Sequence record: MT939492.1
Length of the DNA: 64,000 nucleotides
Reading direction: 5' to 3' (one strand)
The notes under the pieces: model-generated
What the model was told of the DNA's origin: nothing
Database searches by the model: none
What the model saw: the letters and a program-made list of their open reading frames with translations, nothing else
Shown here: piece after piece, positions 38,921-49,272 of the stretch
Position numbering within the stretch: position 1 is the stretch's first letter
How the letters are laid out: the number at the start of each line of letters is the position of its first letter
Program-made: the position numbers and the translations under genes

Positions 38921-39688
38921 ATGGCTTACGGAAACAACAACCAGAGCAACCAGCCGAAGGTCGCGCCGAACATCCTGAACGACTGGGATCTGCGCATGAT
39001 CGGCGAACCGCAGCAGGGCGCCAAGAAGCCGCCGGCACTGAACTGGCGTCTGAGCAACACCAAGAGCGGCACCAAGGCCGTGCTCCAGGTCCGCACCAAC
39101 GTGCCGGGTGCCAAGGACGACGGCCTGATCTCGGCGCAGTTCAATACCCGTGACTTCTTCGGCGGCTTCCTGGGCATGTTCAAGCGCCTGCAGAAGCTGG
39201 AGCCCGGCAAGCAGTTCGTCATGGGCAACAACCGCTTCTTCAACGGCAAGCAGAACACCGTCTCCAAGACCATCCTGGGCAAGGAAGCGGACGGCTCCTG
39301 CTACATCGGCCTGGTGGCCCGTGATCAGGCCAACGTGAAGTTCTACTTCGGCCCGAGCGAGAACCACTTCCTGACCTACATGGACGGCACGCCGCTGTCC
39401 AAGGAAGAAGTCAGCCTGATGTACGCTGACCAGTACGCCGAAATGCTGCTGCACTTCCTGGGCAACCTGCTGACCTCGGCCTACGTTCCGCCGCCGCCGC
39501 GTGAAGGCGGCTTCAATGGTGGCGGTGGTGGTGGCGGTTACAACGGCGGCAACCGCGGTGGTGGTGGCGGTGGTGGTGGCAACTACGGCGGTGGTGGTGG
39601 CGGTGGCTACCAGTCCAGCGGTGGTTCCGGTGGTGGCGGTGGCTTCGATGCCGGCTTCGGCGGCGACGACCTGCCCGATAGCTTCTAA
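38921..39688 (+). CDS. chmC: ChmC-like nucleus-associated nucleic-acid-binding protein
   Basis: 255 aa, beta-rich core plus Gly/Tyr/Asn-rich tail ending FGGDDLPDSF; immediately upstream of the sigma-like nvRNAP subunit, the recalled position of chmC. Confidence 0.65.
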   Translation: MAYGNNNQSNQPKVAPNILNDWDLRMIGEPQQGAKKPPALNWRLSNTKSGTKAVLQVRTNVPGAKDDGLISAQFNTRDFFGGFLGMFKRLQKLEPGKQFVMGNNRFFNGKQNTVSKTILGKEADGSCYIGLVARDQANVKFYFGPSENHFLTYMDGTPLSKEEVSLMYADQYAEMLLHFLGNLLTSAYVPPPPREGGFNGGGGGGGYNGGNRGGGGGGGGNYGGGGGGGYQSSGGSGGGGGFDAGFGGDDLPDSF

Positions 39689-39828
39689 GCGGCCGGATGC
39701 CGTAGACATACCGACATATGGACAGGGGAGCGTGTGCTCCCCTGTCCAGTCTTCCCCTGTCAACTGAAAAAAAGTTCAGCCATACATTACCCATATGGCG
39801 CCCTACAAATAAAGACAGGAACGCAGCA

Positions 39829-41370
39829 ATGAAAATCGAAATCTCCAGGGAATCGGGCAGTGGCGGCGTGATTGAGGTTACCCTCAGCCACGGCGATCAT
39901 GAATCGACAACTTGGAACACGAGCATGCACGATCGGACCAAGATCAAGGACCGGCCGGCACTGTTCAAACATCTCAATGCCTACTGGGCACACCTGCCCG
40001 AAGAAAAGCAGGAGCGGATCTGGGAGATCTATCAGGCGATGGCAAAGACGTTCGCCACCGTCTTTGACGACAACCTGATCACGCTGCTGCTGAAGAACAT
40101 CCGCGAGCTGTTCGACGTGATGACCCCTGAGGACATTTCCAAGTGGATGAGTCTGCGTGGCAATGCTGGTATCCCCAGCGCCATCCAGGACAACTACACC
40201 GAAGAAGGTCGCTACGGGAGCATCAAGCGATTCCACGACCGGACCTGCCTGCGTGCAGACTACCGCAACTTCATCTACACCGCACTGGCGCTTCGTGCAC
40301 TGATGCCGGTGTTCGGTGAATACATCTCCCGCACCGAGAAGATCAATGGCGCGGTCTTCAAGGAGATGATGGCACTGCCGTTGATCAGCGGTAGTCAGTT
40401 GTGGGACATGCCGGGCGTACAGTGGCTGATCAAGTACGTCGATGCAACTCTGGAGCAAGAGAAAGCATCGGACTCGGCAATCATCGGCGGCATCGGTCCA
40501 TCCGAACGTCCCGACTGGCTGCTGGCCAAGATCCTGATTCGTCGTCTCACCACCGAAGAGTTCCCGGTCAATGGTGACGACAACAACATCATGATCAACA
40601 TCTACCACGTCGTCCGCAACTCGTTGAAGAACGAGCACAAGAGCTTGATGGGTCCGATCACCAGCAAGTTCCGCAACGACGCCGACATGGGTGACGATCA
40701 GGAGCGCATCTCCCGGTACGAGCAATACAAGGAGCGCACCAATCTCTCCCAGGGTGACATGGCACCCAATCGGATCTGGATCGAAGATTACGTCGCAGCT
40801 GCACAGAGGCTGGACCCGACGATCGAACCGGCAATGGTGGAATCCTGCGTGAACTACGCACGTAAGCAGGACAACTCTGCAATCCACGAGCACTCGCTGG
40901 CGCTGATCAAGTACGTGGTGGATCCTGCGGTTTCGGCCAAGGGTATTGATCCGCTGCTGCTGCCGACCACGCTGGTATCGGCAGGCGTTACCCAGGCTCT
41001 GCTCTGGCATTGGGGATTCTTCGATCTGGCAGCGCTGGTTACGGCTCGTCGTTTCGAGGTTCCTGCTGATGCAATGGCAGCTGGTCCGGAACAACGCAAC
41101 CGCGTACCGAAGGATCTGGCCGAGGAGCTCACCCGGCTGTACCCGCACTTCGTGACACCCCGGGGCGGTCGTCCCCAGACTGAGCGCAAGAAGAACATGG
41201 CATACATCGCCATCGACATCATGGCTGAGTTGATCTTCGGGTTCGAGTGGACCTTGACCTGCCCTCCGGCATTGGCCAAGCTCTCCAACCGAATCACCAA
41301 CGACAGAATGGTCGCGCCCGCCGACCTGAGAGCACAGCTGGCAAAGCTTATCATCGAACGTATTGCGTAA
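39829..41370 (+). CDS. Non-virion RNA polymerase sigma-like/promoter-specificity subunit (phiKZ gp68-like)
   Basis: 513 aa; TCLRADY...ALALRALMPVFGEYI segment; synteny before picA. Confidence 0.75.
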   Translation: MKIEISRESGSGGVIEVTLSHGDHESTTWNTSMHDRTKIKDRPALFKHLNAYWAHLPEEKQERIWEIYQAMAKTFATVFDDNLITLLLKNIRELFDVMTPEDISKWMSLRGNAGIPSAIQDNYTEEGRYGSIKRFHDRTCLRADYRNFIYTALALRALMPVFGEYISRTEKINGAVFKEMMALPLISGSQLWDMPGVQWLIKYVDATLEQEKASDSAIIGGIGPSERPDWLLAKILIRRLTTEEFPVNGDDNNIMINIYHVVRNSLKNEHKSLMGPITSKFRNDADMGDDQERISRYEQYKERTNLSQGDMAPNRIWIEDYVAAAQRLDPTIEPAMVESCVNYARKQDNSAIHEHSLALIKYVVDPAVSAKGIDPLLLPTTLVSAGVTQALLWHWGFFDLAALVTARRFEVPADAMAAGPEQRNRVPKDLAEELTRLYPHFVTPRGGRPQTERKKNMAYIAIDIMAELIFGFEWTLTCPPALAKLSNRITNDRMVAPADLRAQLAKLIIERIA

Positions 41371-41388
41371 CGGAGTAAAGACAAGAGC

Positions 41389-42954
41389 ATGGCCAAGAAA
41401 ACACGTATCGTTCAGTTGTTGTTCCGTGAAACCGGAACGTATCAGCAAATGCAGGCGCGACCCTACGTCGCCGAGATTGACGGGCACGACCTGATCAGTT
41501 TCGCAGAGCGTACCGACGATGGCACCAACTTCAGTCGCGAAGCTCTGGCCGGTTTGGCAGGCAGCATCCTCAGCCCGCAGGGTCACAGTGCCGGTGTGGT
41601 TGACATCGCTGGCGGTTACCGCAACAAGCGCTACCGCTTCGTCATGGAAGTGAGCCACGAAGATCGCTTCGGCGGTGGACATCGTCAGGTGTTCTCCGGC
41701 TACACCGACTTCATGGGCGGTGACGCACGCAGTGGTTCCATCGATCCGCATATGAAGCTGTACCTCAACAGCGTCATGACCATCCGTGATGTTGTCGATC
41801 ACAGCAGCCCGCGTCGTGATTCCATGTCGACGGTGTTCGAGAACTCCCACATTCTGTCGGGCCTTTACAAGCCGAGCCTGCGGCAGAACGAAGGTTCCAC
41901 GGATGTGCGCATGCGTCCTGAAGACGTGTTCGCATCGATGACCTTCGGTGCGTTCAAGTCCAATCGTCGCGGCGGCCCCAGTGAAGTCGTGGTTGACACC
42001 CGCACTTCCTTCGCCGACGGCATCTGCAAGTCGCGTCGTTCCAACTCGACGGCGGCCAGCTTCCTGAGTGACCTGTTGACCACCTACAGTCGCACGACGG
42101 AGAACATGCAGTTCGAGAACACCGATCGTTACAAGAAGTTGGAATCGGCACGCGGAAGCATCGCCGAGAACTACATCACCGACGATCTGTTCCTGGGCCC
42201 GCTGTATCGCGAGACCAGCCTGAAGACCGGCAACTGGATTTCCTTCCAGGAACTGATCGACATCGATCCGGACGTGGAGCGCGACGACGTTACGCAGGTT
42301 CACCACAACAAGGTGATCCATCGTGACAGCGCCCGTCTCAACGACTACAACGATGACCAGGACGAGTGGAGCGACGTCACGAACGAGTCGGTGGCAGCGA
42401 CCATGCTGGCACATGCCGTTCCGGCGATCATGATGGACCTGACGATGACCCAGATCGAGTTCATCGCCACCAACCGTACCCGCGACAACCGGCCGGAAGT
42501 TCACCCGACCCGTGGTCGCATGTTCAGCAAGCACGTCAAGACGATGCCGAAAGAAATCGTCTCGGTGTTCCTGAACCGGCTGGAAGATGAAATCCTGCGT
42601 GACGTCTCCAACCGCAACCGCATCGACTACGACATCGAGATGAAGGTGAACGTGTTCGGTGACTCGGAGATCCTGATCTCCATGCTGGGTGGGCGCCGCC
42701 ACAGGTTCGTGGTTCCGTCCTTCAGCGACGCCGGGTTCGTACCGGTGCTGGCCAAGGATACCGGCGCACTCGCCTCCCTGGCTCAGGAACTGACCGAGCT
42801 GACCTCCACCGTCGATGCCAATGCGGCTGCCCGCAATAGCTTCAGGTCGAACTTCACGAGCGATCGTGACGACCGTGACGACGACCGACCCACCAATAGC
42901 GGCCGTGGCCGCTGGACTGAGAATGACCGCGATGATGCTGATTCCGTTCTATAA
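41389..42954 (+). CDS. picA: PicA/Imp1-like phage-nucleus protein import factor (phiKZ gp69-like)
   Basis: 521 aa; LLFRETGTYQQMQARPY N-terminus and IDPHMKLYLNS segment; syntenic after gp68-like. Confidence 0.75.
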   Translation: MAKKTRIVQLLFRETGTYQQMQARPYVAEIDGHDLISFAERTDDGTNFSREALAGLAGSILSPQGHSAGVVDIAGGYRNKRYRFVMEVSHEDRFGGGHRQVFSGYTDFMGGDARSGSIDPHMKLYLNSVMTIRDVVDHSSPRRDSMSTVFENSHILSGLYKPSLRQNEGSTDVRMRPEDVFASMTFGAFKSNRRGGPSEVVVDTRTSFADGICKSRRSNSTAASFLSDLLTTYSRTTENMQFENTDRYKKLESARGSIAENYITDDLFLGPLYRETSLKTGNWISFQELIDIDPDVERDDVTQVHHNKVIHRDSARLNDYNDDQDEWSDVTNESVAATMLAHAVPAIMMDLTMTQIEFIATNRTRDNRPEVHPTRGRMFSKHVKTMPKEIVSVFLNRLEDEILRDVSNRNRIDYDIEMKVNVFGDSEILISMLGGRRHRFVVPSFSDAGFVPVLAKDTGALASLAQELTELTSTVDANAAARNSFRSNFTSDRDDRDDDRPTNSGRGRWTENDRDDADSVL

Positions 42955-44335
42955 TTCCCTGCTCGATTCGCTCAACGTTGTACAGAGCGAAGACGGCAAG
43001 CTGTCACTGGTAGTGGGCAACGAAGAACGCCCGCTGCTGATTGGCGGCAAGCGTGCCGCGATGCCCATCGAAGAAGTCCTGCGCGGTGGCATCGATGACG
43101 GCATCGTGGTCTTCCACCCGCTGTCGGAAAAGATCTTCCGTGGCGAATCGGAAGTGCTGAAGAAGCTGAAGGAGCTGGTGACCCTGCGACTGGGCACCGC
43201 TCTGACGCTGACCATGGCCCACGTGCTGGACATCGCTGCCAATCCGGAAAGCCACAAGAAGCTGCCGCCGGAAGCGATCAAGAAGCTGCGTCTGCTGCCC
43301 GATGCCGACGACAAGCTGGTCAAGACCTTCGAGAAGATCACCGAGACCTTCGCCGAGCACAAGGAACATCGGCCGTTCAAGCTGTTCCTGCGCAAGAGCG
43401 GCGTGATCGGCGATACCACCTACAGCCGCGTGGCCAAGGTGGACTTCCCGTACATCGAACAGATCGATCTGGAAAAGACCGAGCAGTTCGGTATCAAGGT
43501 CCGCAAGCGTGATCCGGTGGCGCTGTTCAACCTGATGAACCTGGTGGTGCCGGGCTGTGCCGAGCCGAACACCTACAGCTACGGCAGCAACGCCCTGACC
43601 GCTCCCAACTTCGATGCGCTGATGCGTGCCTACCACAAGGTGGCCAAGCAGATCAACGAAGTCAGCGAGCTGTTCCGCGACAAGAACGATGACGTCAACG
43701 ATCTGTACATCGACCTCAGCTGGTTCGAGGGCATGGACGATCTGGACAACATGGCCGTCCACGTTCCCTCGATGGCCGGCAATGAAGGCAACGTCGCCGT
43801 CGAAGAGCGTGCCCCGGGTGATGACAAGGAACGCGAGAAGAAGGCCGACCCGGAGCGCGAACCGGAAAGCCGTCGCAACGAAGAGCGCCGTGACCCGCTG
43901 CGTGATGAACGCCGTGATGATCGTGAGTTCTCCGACTCCCGTGACCGCTACCGCCGTGAACGTGAAGAAAGCCGCACCCGTGACCGCGACCGTCGTGACG
44001 ACGAACGCGAGCCGGAACGCAGCAGCCTGACCGATCGCTACACCGGCAAGGCGGACCGCGCCCCTTTCCGCGACTCGTCGTCGTCCAGGGATCGCGACGA
44101 TTCGAGGTCCGGAAGCCGGCGCGATGGCTACTCCGATCGCGGTGGATATCATCAGAGGCCTCGGAATGGCTGGCGTTCTGAAGATCGTGACGACCGTGGC
44201 CGTGGCCGCGATCGTGACTACCACTACCGTGATGAACGCGATGATCGCGATGACCGCCGTAGCAGCAGGCGTGACCGTGACGACCGCTACGACCGCGATG
44301 ACCGTGGCCGTGGGCGTCGTGACCGTCGCTACTGA
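42932..44335 (+). CDS. Conserved core protein (phiKZ gp70-like) with long Arg/Asp-rich C-terminal tail
   Basis: GKRAAMP...VFHPLSEKIFRGESEV motif; last ~170 aa are low-complexity RDDR repeats. Confidence 0.75.
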   Translation: MMLIPFYNSLLDSLNVVQSEDGKLSLVVGNEERPLLIGGKRAAMPIEEVLRGGIDDGIVVFHPLSEKIFRGESEVLKKLKELVTLRLGTALTLTMAHVLDIAANPESHKKLPPEAIKKLRLLPDADDKLVKTFEKITETFAEHKEHRPFKLFLRKSGVIGDTTYSRVAKVDFPYIEQIDLEKTEQFGIKVRKRDPVALFNLMNLVVPGCAEPNTYSYGSNALTAPNFDALMRAYHKVAKQINEVSELFRDKNDDVNDLYIDLSWFEGMDDLDNMAVHVPSMAGNEGNVAVEERAPGDDKEREKKADPEREPESRRNEERRDPLRDERRDDREFSDSRDRYRREREESRTRDRDRRDDEREPERSSLTDRYTGKADRAPFRDSSSSRDRDDSRSGSRRDGYSDRGGYHQRPRNGWRSEDRDDRGRGRDRDYHYRDERDDRDDRRSSRRDRDDRYDRDDRGRGRRDRRY

Positions 44336-44343
44336 TTGACGGC

Positions 44344-44380
44344 ATAAGCGGGGGGATCAAACCCCCCGCTTATTTTTTTG
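44344..44380. terminator. Bidirectional terminator
   Basis: ATAAGCGGGGGG/CCCCCCGCTTAT 12-bp stem then TTTTTT; preceded by GGCATA. Confidence 0.8.
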
Positions 44381-44388
44381 CCTTCGGT

Positions 44389-44748
44389 TCACTGGCCGGA
44401 GGTCATCAGGGTGCGCTTCTCGGTGATATAGCGAGAGCGCAACTTCTCGATAACCTGGGACGAAGGAACGCGCAGCGTCTGCTCCGTTCCAAGGAAGTCC
44501 TCGTTACTGCGCATGTTGTTTACGCGCATGACGATGTGGTGCATGAAGCGAGGTATGTCCATGACGGTGAGCAGACCAGCCAGATCGCCCTCGTTCCTCC
44601 AACCATGACGCTCGGGAACCACCATCACCGTGGTCGACGGATCCCGGCGAAGCATGACCAGATGGGATTCAATCATCCGGAGAAAGTCAGGATCGTAATA
44701 GATGTCGAGCCCGTCGTCTCGTTTCGTCCTGCGTAGACTCGCTTGCAT
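44389..44748 (-). CDS. Small conserved protein, LysM/baseplate gp53-like (tentative)
   Basis: 119 aa; EGDLAGLL...HHIVMRVNNMRSNEDF...LRVP resembles a LysM-type pattern. Confidence 0.55.
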   Translation of the reverse strand: MQASLRRTKRDDGLDIYYDPDFLRMIESHLVMLRRDPSTTVMVVPERHGWRNEGDLAGLLTVMDIPRFMHHIVMRVNNMRSNEDFLGTEQTLRVPSSQVIEKLRSRYITEKRTLMTSGQ

Positions 44749-44840
44749 GACCGCTCCAAAAGAAAAAAGTACAAACCTATATCATTCATTAGCAGAAGAG
44801 ATTTGAAGTCTGCTTTTCGTAAGCCAATGGAGCATCAAGA

Positions 44841-46952
44841 ATGTCCGAGCATTCGCCCAACTTCAACAACCCCCAGGGTCGTGAACAGTTGGTCCCACAG
44901 TTGCTGGGGTTGAGTTCGCTCAACAGCTTCCCAGCAGAAACCTCATCCTCACGTGCGCAGATGTGGACATCGCACATGGGGCAGACCCAGGTAGTATCCG
45001 GTTCTTGTCCACCTGTCATCGCCACCGGCACGGAGTGGGATTACGGGCAGTACACCTTCAACATCAAGATGCCGTGCAACGCGATCATTCGCAAAGTCAT
45101 TCCCAAGTACAACACGCGTACGGTCGGTTACGAGTCCATCCGCGAGAACCCATCCACCCTGGTGATCTTCGAGGATGCTGACAGCCGAGCTGGTCGTCTT
45201 GACTGCATCGAGATCCCGCGACACTGCATCCACCACCAGCACTTCGGCTTCGTCTATGTCCCCACCTCTGCTGAGAAGCAGTTGTACGAAGGGGCCAAGA
45301 TCGCCAAGGGCACGATCATCGCCGACTCGCCGAACGTGGACAAGGACGGCGAATACAACTTCGGCATCGAGGCGCAGGTTGCCCTGATGTCGCTCCCCGG
45401 GGTCATCGAGGACGGTATCATCGTCTCCGAAGATTTCCTGGAGAAGATCACCTCCGTCGGTATCGAGACCCGTACCTTCAGCTTCGGCAAGAAGCGCTTC
45501 CCGCTCAACATGTATGGCCGTGACTCGGGGGACTATCGTCCTTTCCCGGAGATCGGTCAGTCGGTTGGGGAGGACGGCATCGTGTGCGCCATGCGCGAGT
45601 ACGATCCGATCCTGGCTCCGATCCACATGTCGCCTCAAGCCCTGCGTACTCCGGATGCACCGCATGACGACGTGATCTACGCCCCTCCTGGCGCAGTCGT
45701 TCGCGATATCCAGGTGTGGCACGACAACCGTCGCACGTCGGCACCGCCCACTCCAGTGGGCATGGAAGTACAACCGGCACGCTATCACTCGGCCGCCTCG
45801 CGCTATTACAAGGCGATCGTGGATACGGTTGAAGGCATCGAGCGTGAGCGCAAGCGTTCGGGTATCCCGTTCGCTCTGGGCGATCGACTGGAAGAAGTGA
45901 TGGTCAAGGCCATTGCTGACGACCCAGGCAACGGTGGTGACCAGAAGATCACCTACACCTACCGCAACGAACCGCTGGATGACTGGCGTGTTGAGATCAC
46001 CCTGGAATACAAGGTGGTCCCGGACATCGGCTCCAAGGCAACCGGGCAGGATGGTGACAAGGGCGTCTTCGTGGAAGTGCGCAAGCGTGAAGAAATGCCG
46101 GTTGACATGCACGGCAATCGCGCCGACATCATCATGGACGGTGAGTCGGGCATCAAGCGCATGAACATGGGGCGTCTGTATCGCCAGTACTTCGCATCGT
46201 CGTGTCTGTATCACACCGGCGTGGTGCGGGACATGTACGACAAGAAGGTGCCGATCCAGGAGATCTGGGATTTCGTGATGGGCTACTACGCCATCTGTTC
46301 CCCGGTCAAGCATCGCCTGTTGTCCAGCGCCAGCTACGAAGGTAGCCCGGAGGAGCACATCGAGTCCATCGTGCGGGATCAGATTCGTCTGACCATCCCC
46401 TGCGACAACCCGGTACGTTCCATCGACATGGTGCGTCAGCTGGAAAAGGAATACCCCACTCCGTACGGACCGGTGACCTTCATCGGCAAGCGCGGCACCA
46501 AGATCACCACCAAGAACAAGGTGCGCATCGGTGGGTTGTACATCCTGATCCTGGAGAAGACTGGTAATGACTGGGCGGCAGTATCGTCCGGCAAGACCAG
46601 CCACTTCGGCTTCCCGGCCAAGCGTACTCAGCGCGATCGTTACAGTGAACCGGGTCGTACTGGCTCCACTCGTGTGGCGGGTGAGGCCGAGAGTCGTCTC
46701 GTTGAGGCGATCACGCAGGGTACGTTTGCAGAGCTGATCGAGCAGTCCAACAGTCCGGTGACCCACGGCAACATCGTGTACAACCTGCTGACCCACCCAA
46801 CCCCGAGCAACATGGACTCGGTGGTGGACCGCAACATCGCCCCGCGTGGCCAGGGACGCAATCTGCGCTTCCCGAAGCACATCTTCGGATGCTTCGGCTT
46901 CAGGATGATTCAGGTTGATCCGGAATCCGGTGAAACCCTCCAGCGTCTGTGA
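44841..46952 (+). CDS. Non-virion RNA polymerase beta-like subunit, C-terminal part (phiKZ gp71/73-like)
   Basis: SSRAQM, IEDGIIVS, GSKATGQDGDKG (beta region H/I lysines), RVAGEAE; uninterrupted 703 aa. Confidence 0.9.
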   Translation: MSEHSPNFNNPQGREQLVPQLLGLSSLNSFPAETSSSRAQMWTSHMGQTQVVSGSCPPVIATGTEWDYGQYTFNIKMPCNAIIRKVIPKYNTRTVGYESIRENPSTLVIFEDADSRAGRLDCIEIPRHCIHHQHFGFVYVPTSAEKQLYEGAKIAKGTIIADSPNVDKDGEYNFGIEAQVALMSLPGVIEDGIIVSEDFLEKITSVGIETRTFSFGKKRFPLNMYGRDSGDYRPFPEIGQSVGEDGIVCAMREYDPILAPIHMSPQALRTPDAPHDDVIYAPPGAVVRDIQVWHDNRRTSAPPTPVGMEVQPARYHSAASRYYKAIVDTVEGIERERKRSGIPFALGDRLEEVMVKAIADDPGNGGDQKITYTYRNEPLDDWRVEITLEYKVVPDIGSKATGQDGDKGVFVEVRKREEMPVDMHGNRADIIMDGESGIKRMNMGRLYRQYFASSCLYHTGVVRDMYDKKVPIQEIWDFVMGYYAICSPVKHRLLSSASYEGSPEEHIESIVRDQIRLTIPCDNPVRSIDMVRQLEKEYPTPYGPVTFIGKRGTKITTKNKVRIGGLYILILEKTGNDWAAVSSGKTSHFGFPAKRTQRDRYSEPGRTGSTRVAGEAESRLVEAITQGTFAELIEQSNSPVTHGNIVYNLLTHPTPSNMDSVVDRNIAPRGQGRNLRFPKHIFGCFGFRMIQVDPESGETLQRL

Positions 46953-46957
46953 GGACT

Positions 46958-48910
46958 ATGAGCAAGTATTACAAGGCAAGGGACATCGCTGCGATGTCCC
47001 ACGACGAACTCTGGGAAATCCCCGATGGCCTGCACGAGGTCGAGTTCGACGACGGTGTTACCGAGGTCAAGGGTCGATACCTGATCCTGTCTTCCTATGT
47101 CTGGCGATTCGTGAACGAGTGGCCTGAGACGCCGCTGCTGAAAGCGCACCTGTATACGGCCAAGGAGTTCTCCAACAAGGACTTCCTCAAGCTGTTGGGT
47201 ACGATGTTGTTCAACGTGTTCGACACGTACGACATGAAGCGCGAGCCGGCTGATATCGAGGATCTGTGCAAGTTCCTGTACGAGATCGTCAACACGGTCT
47301 ACAACAACTTCACGCTGAACTGTGAAGAGAACGCGACCTCGCTCGATATCCTGGACCTGATCGAGGTGGTTGACTACCCCGAGATCGCAGCGGCCAAGGC
47401 AGCAGCACTACCCACCCAGCGCGGTATCAAGAAGGCCCACGCGGCTATCAAGGACTCGCTGATGGATGCCGAAGGGCTGTCCCACAACGCCACTGCGAAG
47501 ATCGCGCGGCGTCTGGTGGCACCCATCGATCAGATCATCCAGTGTATCGGTCCTCGTGGCTTCATTACCGATATCGCATCGGTGACGTTCCGCGAACCGG
47601 TGATGTCCGGCTACATCGAAGGTCTGAACACGCTGTACGAGTTCATGATCGAGGCGCAGTCGGCATCCAAGTCGCTGTTGTTCAACAAGGATCCGTTGGC
47701 CGACTCGGAGTACCACAACCGTAAGCAGCAGCTGTCTGCGAACGTGGTGCGCCGTGTGGAGCGTGGTGACTGCGGTACGCCGTACTACACCAACTTCAAC
47801 ATCAAGGCCAGTGACCTTCGCGCGTTCGCCGGCAAGTACTACTACGACAACGACGGCAAGCTGCAGATCCTGAAGGAAACCGATCGCCATCTGCATGGCG
47901 CCAAGATCAAGATGCGCTCGGTGCCTCACTGCCAGCACAAGGATCACGGTACGGTCTGTTCGACGTGCTTTGGCGAGCTGTGGATCTCCATCCCGCGTGA
48001 CACCAATCTGGGCCACGTGGCGGCGACGGTCTTCTGTAAGCTGATCTCCCAGCTGATCCTGTCCACCAAGCATCTGGATAGCAATGCTTCGGTGGATGAG
48101 ATCCACATCAGCGACATGGACAAGCTGTATATCCAGGTGGCCGATGACCCCAACCAGATTCAGTTCACCGAGCTGATGGGGCGACAGAAGTTCAAGATGG
48201 TGATCCATGCATCGGAAGCCAAGTACCTGTCCGACGTCAACTTCGTGTCGGAAGTGGATCAGTTGCCGATCTCTCGTATGAGTGAGATGACCGCTGTAAA
48301 ATTGGTTATCGGCGAAGGATCCAATGTACAGGTCATGGTCGTGCCGGTCGAGATGAATGGCCGAAAGGCCTACTTGACCTACGACATCTTGGACTACATC
48401 AAGCGCAAGAGCTGGACGATCAACCACGAAGGCAACATCGTGATTGACATGTCCGAGTTCGATGTGGAGAAGCCAGCTTTCGAGCTGCCGCAGCGCCACA
48501 TCAACATGGTCGACTACATGCGCTGGATGGAAGCGTTCCTGCGATCCTCTGGTCGCTCCGAGCGCAAGAAGCTGGGCATCGAGAAGCGTCGCGTGCTGAG
48601 TGACTTCAACAGCATCGATGCGGCTCTGGCTGAACTGTACGAGATGGCCAGCTCCAAGCTGACCGTCCCGATCGCCTACCTGGAGGTTCTGATGTACTCC
48701 ACCATGGTGCGTGATCCGGAGAACCGGGACCATCGTCTGCCCAAGGGCGGTGACCCGATTCACTTCGGTACGTTCGGCGACAACATGACCCGCCGATCCC
48801 TGACCGGCATCCTTGCCTATCAGGATCAGATCGGTTCCATCACCAACATCGAGTCCTACATCCTGCGGCATCGCCCGCCGCACGTTCTGGACGAAATGGT
48901 AATTGGCTGA
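46958..48910 (+). CDS. Non-virion RNA polymerase beta'-like subunit, C-terminal part (phiKZ gp74-like)
   Basis: QIIQCIGPRGFITDI, GDCGT, Zn site RSVPHC...VCSTCFG, LISQLILSTKH. Confidence 0.88.
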   Translation: MSKYYKARDIAAMSHDELWEIPDGLHEVEFDDGVTEVKGRYLILSSYVWRFVNEWPETPLLKAHLYTAKEFSNKDFLKLLGTMLFNVFDTYDMKREPADIEDLCKFLYEIVNTVYNNFTLNCEENATSLDILDLIEVVDYPEIAAAKAAALPTQRGIKKAHAAIKDSLMDAEGLSHNATAKIARRLVAPIDQIIQCIGPRGFITDIASVTFREPVMSGYIEGLNTLYEFMIEAQSASKSLLFNKDPLADSEYHNRKQQLSANVVRRVERGDCGTPYYTNFNIKASDLRAFAGKYYYDNDGKLQILKETDRHLHGAKIKMRSVPHCQHKDHGTVCSTCFGELWISIPRDTNLGHVAATVFCKLISQLILSTKHLDSNASVDEIHISDMDKLYIQVADDPNQIQFTELMGRQKFKMVIHASEAKYLSDVNFVSEVDQLPISRMSEMTAVKLVIGEGSNVQVMVVPVEMNGRKAYLTYDILDYIKRKSWTINHEGNIVIDMSEFDVEKPAFELPQRHINMVDYMRWMEAFLRSSGRSERKKLGIEKRRVLSDFNSIDAALAELYEMASSKLTVPIAYLEVLMYSTMVRDPENRDHRLPKGGDPIHFGTFGDNMTRRSLTGILAYQDQIGSITNIESYILRHRPPHVLDEMVIG

Positions 48911-49217
48911 CTGTAAGGGGGCTGGGTCGCCCAGCCCCCTCAACGAGAGCAACCCTGGAGTTATTGCAATGAATGGCAAGAAAAACTGCTGCGACATTAT
49001 CGAGGCCTGTTCCGACGTTGTCAGGAACCCCACTCTTGAGGGTGTCCGACAGGTTCGGGAAATGATGGAAGAACAGGGGATTCGTTCGGAGGAGGTGTTG
49101 AGCGATCAGCAGATCCTCGACAGGCTCAAGGTTTCCCCCTTCGCTGAACGCGAAAGCAAGCCCGCGCGTCCGGCAGAAATTGAGGCACCGCCCTTGGTGC
49201 CCGTGCATAGTTTCTAA
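48903..49217 (+). CDS. Small hypothetical protein
   Basis: Open frame overlapping RNAP stop; alternative ATG at 48969 after GGAG. Confidence 0.45.
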   Translation: MADCKGAGSPSPLNESNPGVIAMNGKKNCCDIIEACSDVVRNPTLEGVRQVREMMEEQGIRSEEVLSDQQILDRLKVSPFAERESKPARPAEIEAPPLVPVHSF

Positions 49218-49272
49218 AACCTCTGGAAAGGGGGACTTCGGTCCCCCATGACCACGGGGTAAGTTTTTTCTT

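Noticed and set aside
39499-39665. GGT/GGC trinucleotide repeats
   Set aside because: Explained by the Gly-rich coding tail; not a separate repeat element
39787-42702. 971-aa minus-strand ORF and similar long antisense ORFs (e.g. 5029-6795, 9624-11651, 24211-26709, 44949-46880, 56814-59045)
   Set aside because: Each mirrors a motif-bearing gene on the other strand in the codon-complementary frame; treated as artefacts
43819-44335. CGTGA/GACCG short tandem repeats
   Set aside because: Encode the Arg/Asp tail; no constant repeat-spacer periodicity, so not CRISPR
30051-48910. Possible introns, inteins or homing endonucleases in RNAP genes (phiKZ has such insertions)
   Set aside because: All subunit ORFs are continuous and of expected size; no HNH, GIY-YIG, LAGLIDADG or intein terminal motifs seen
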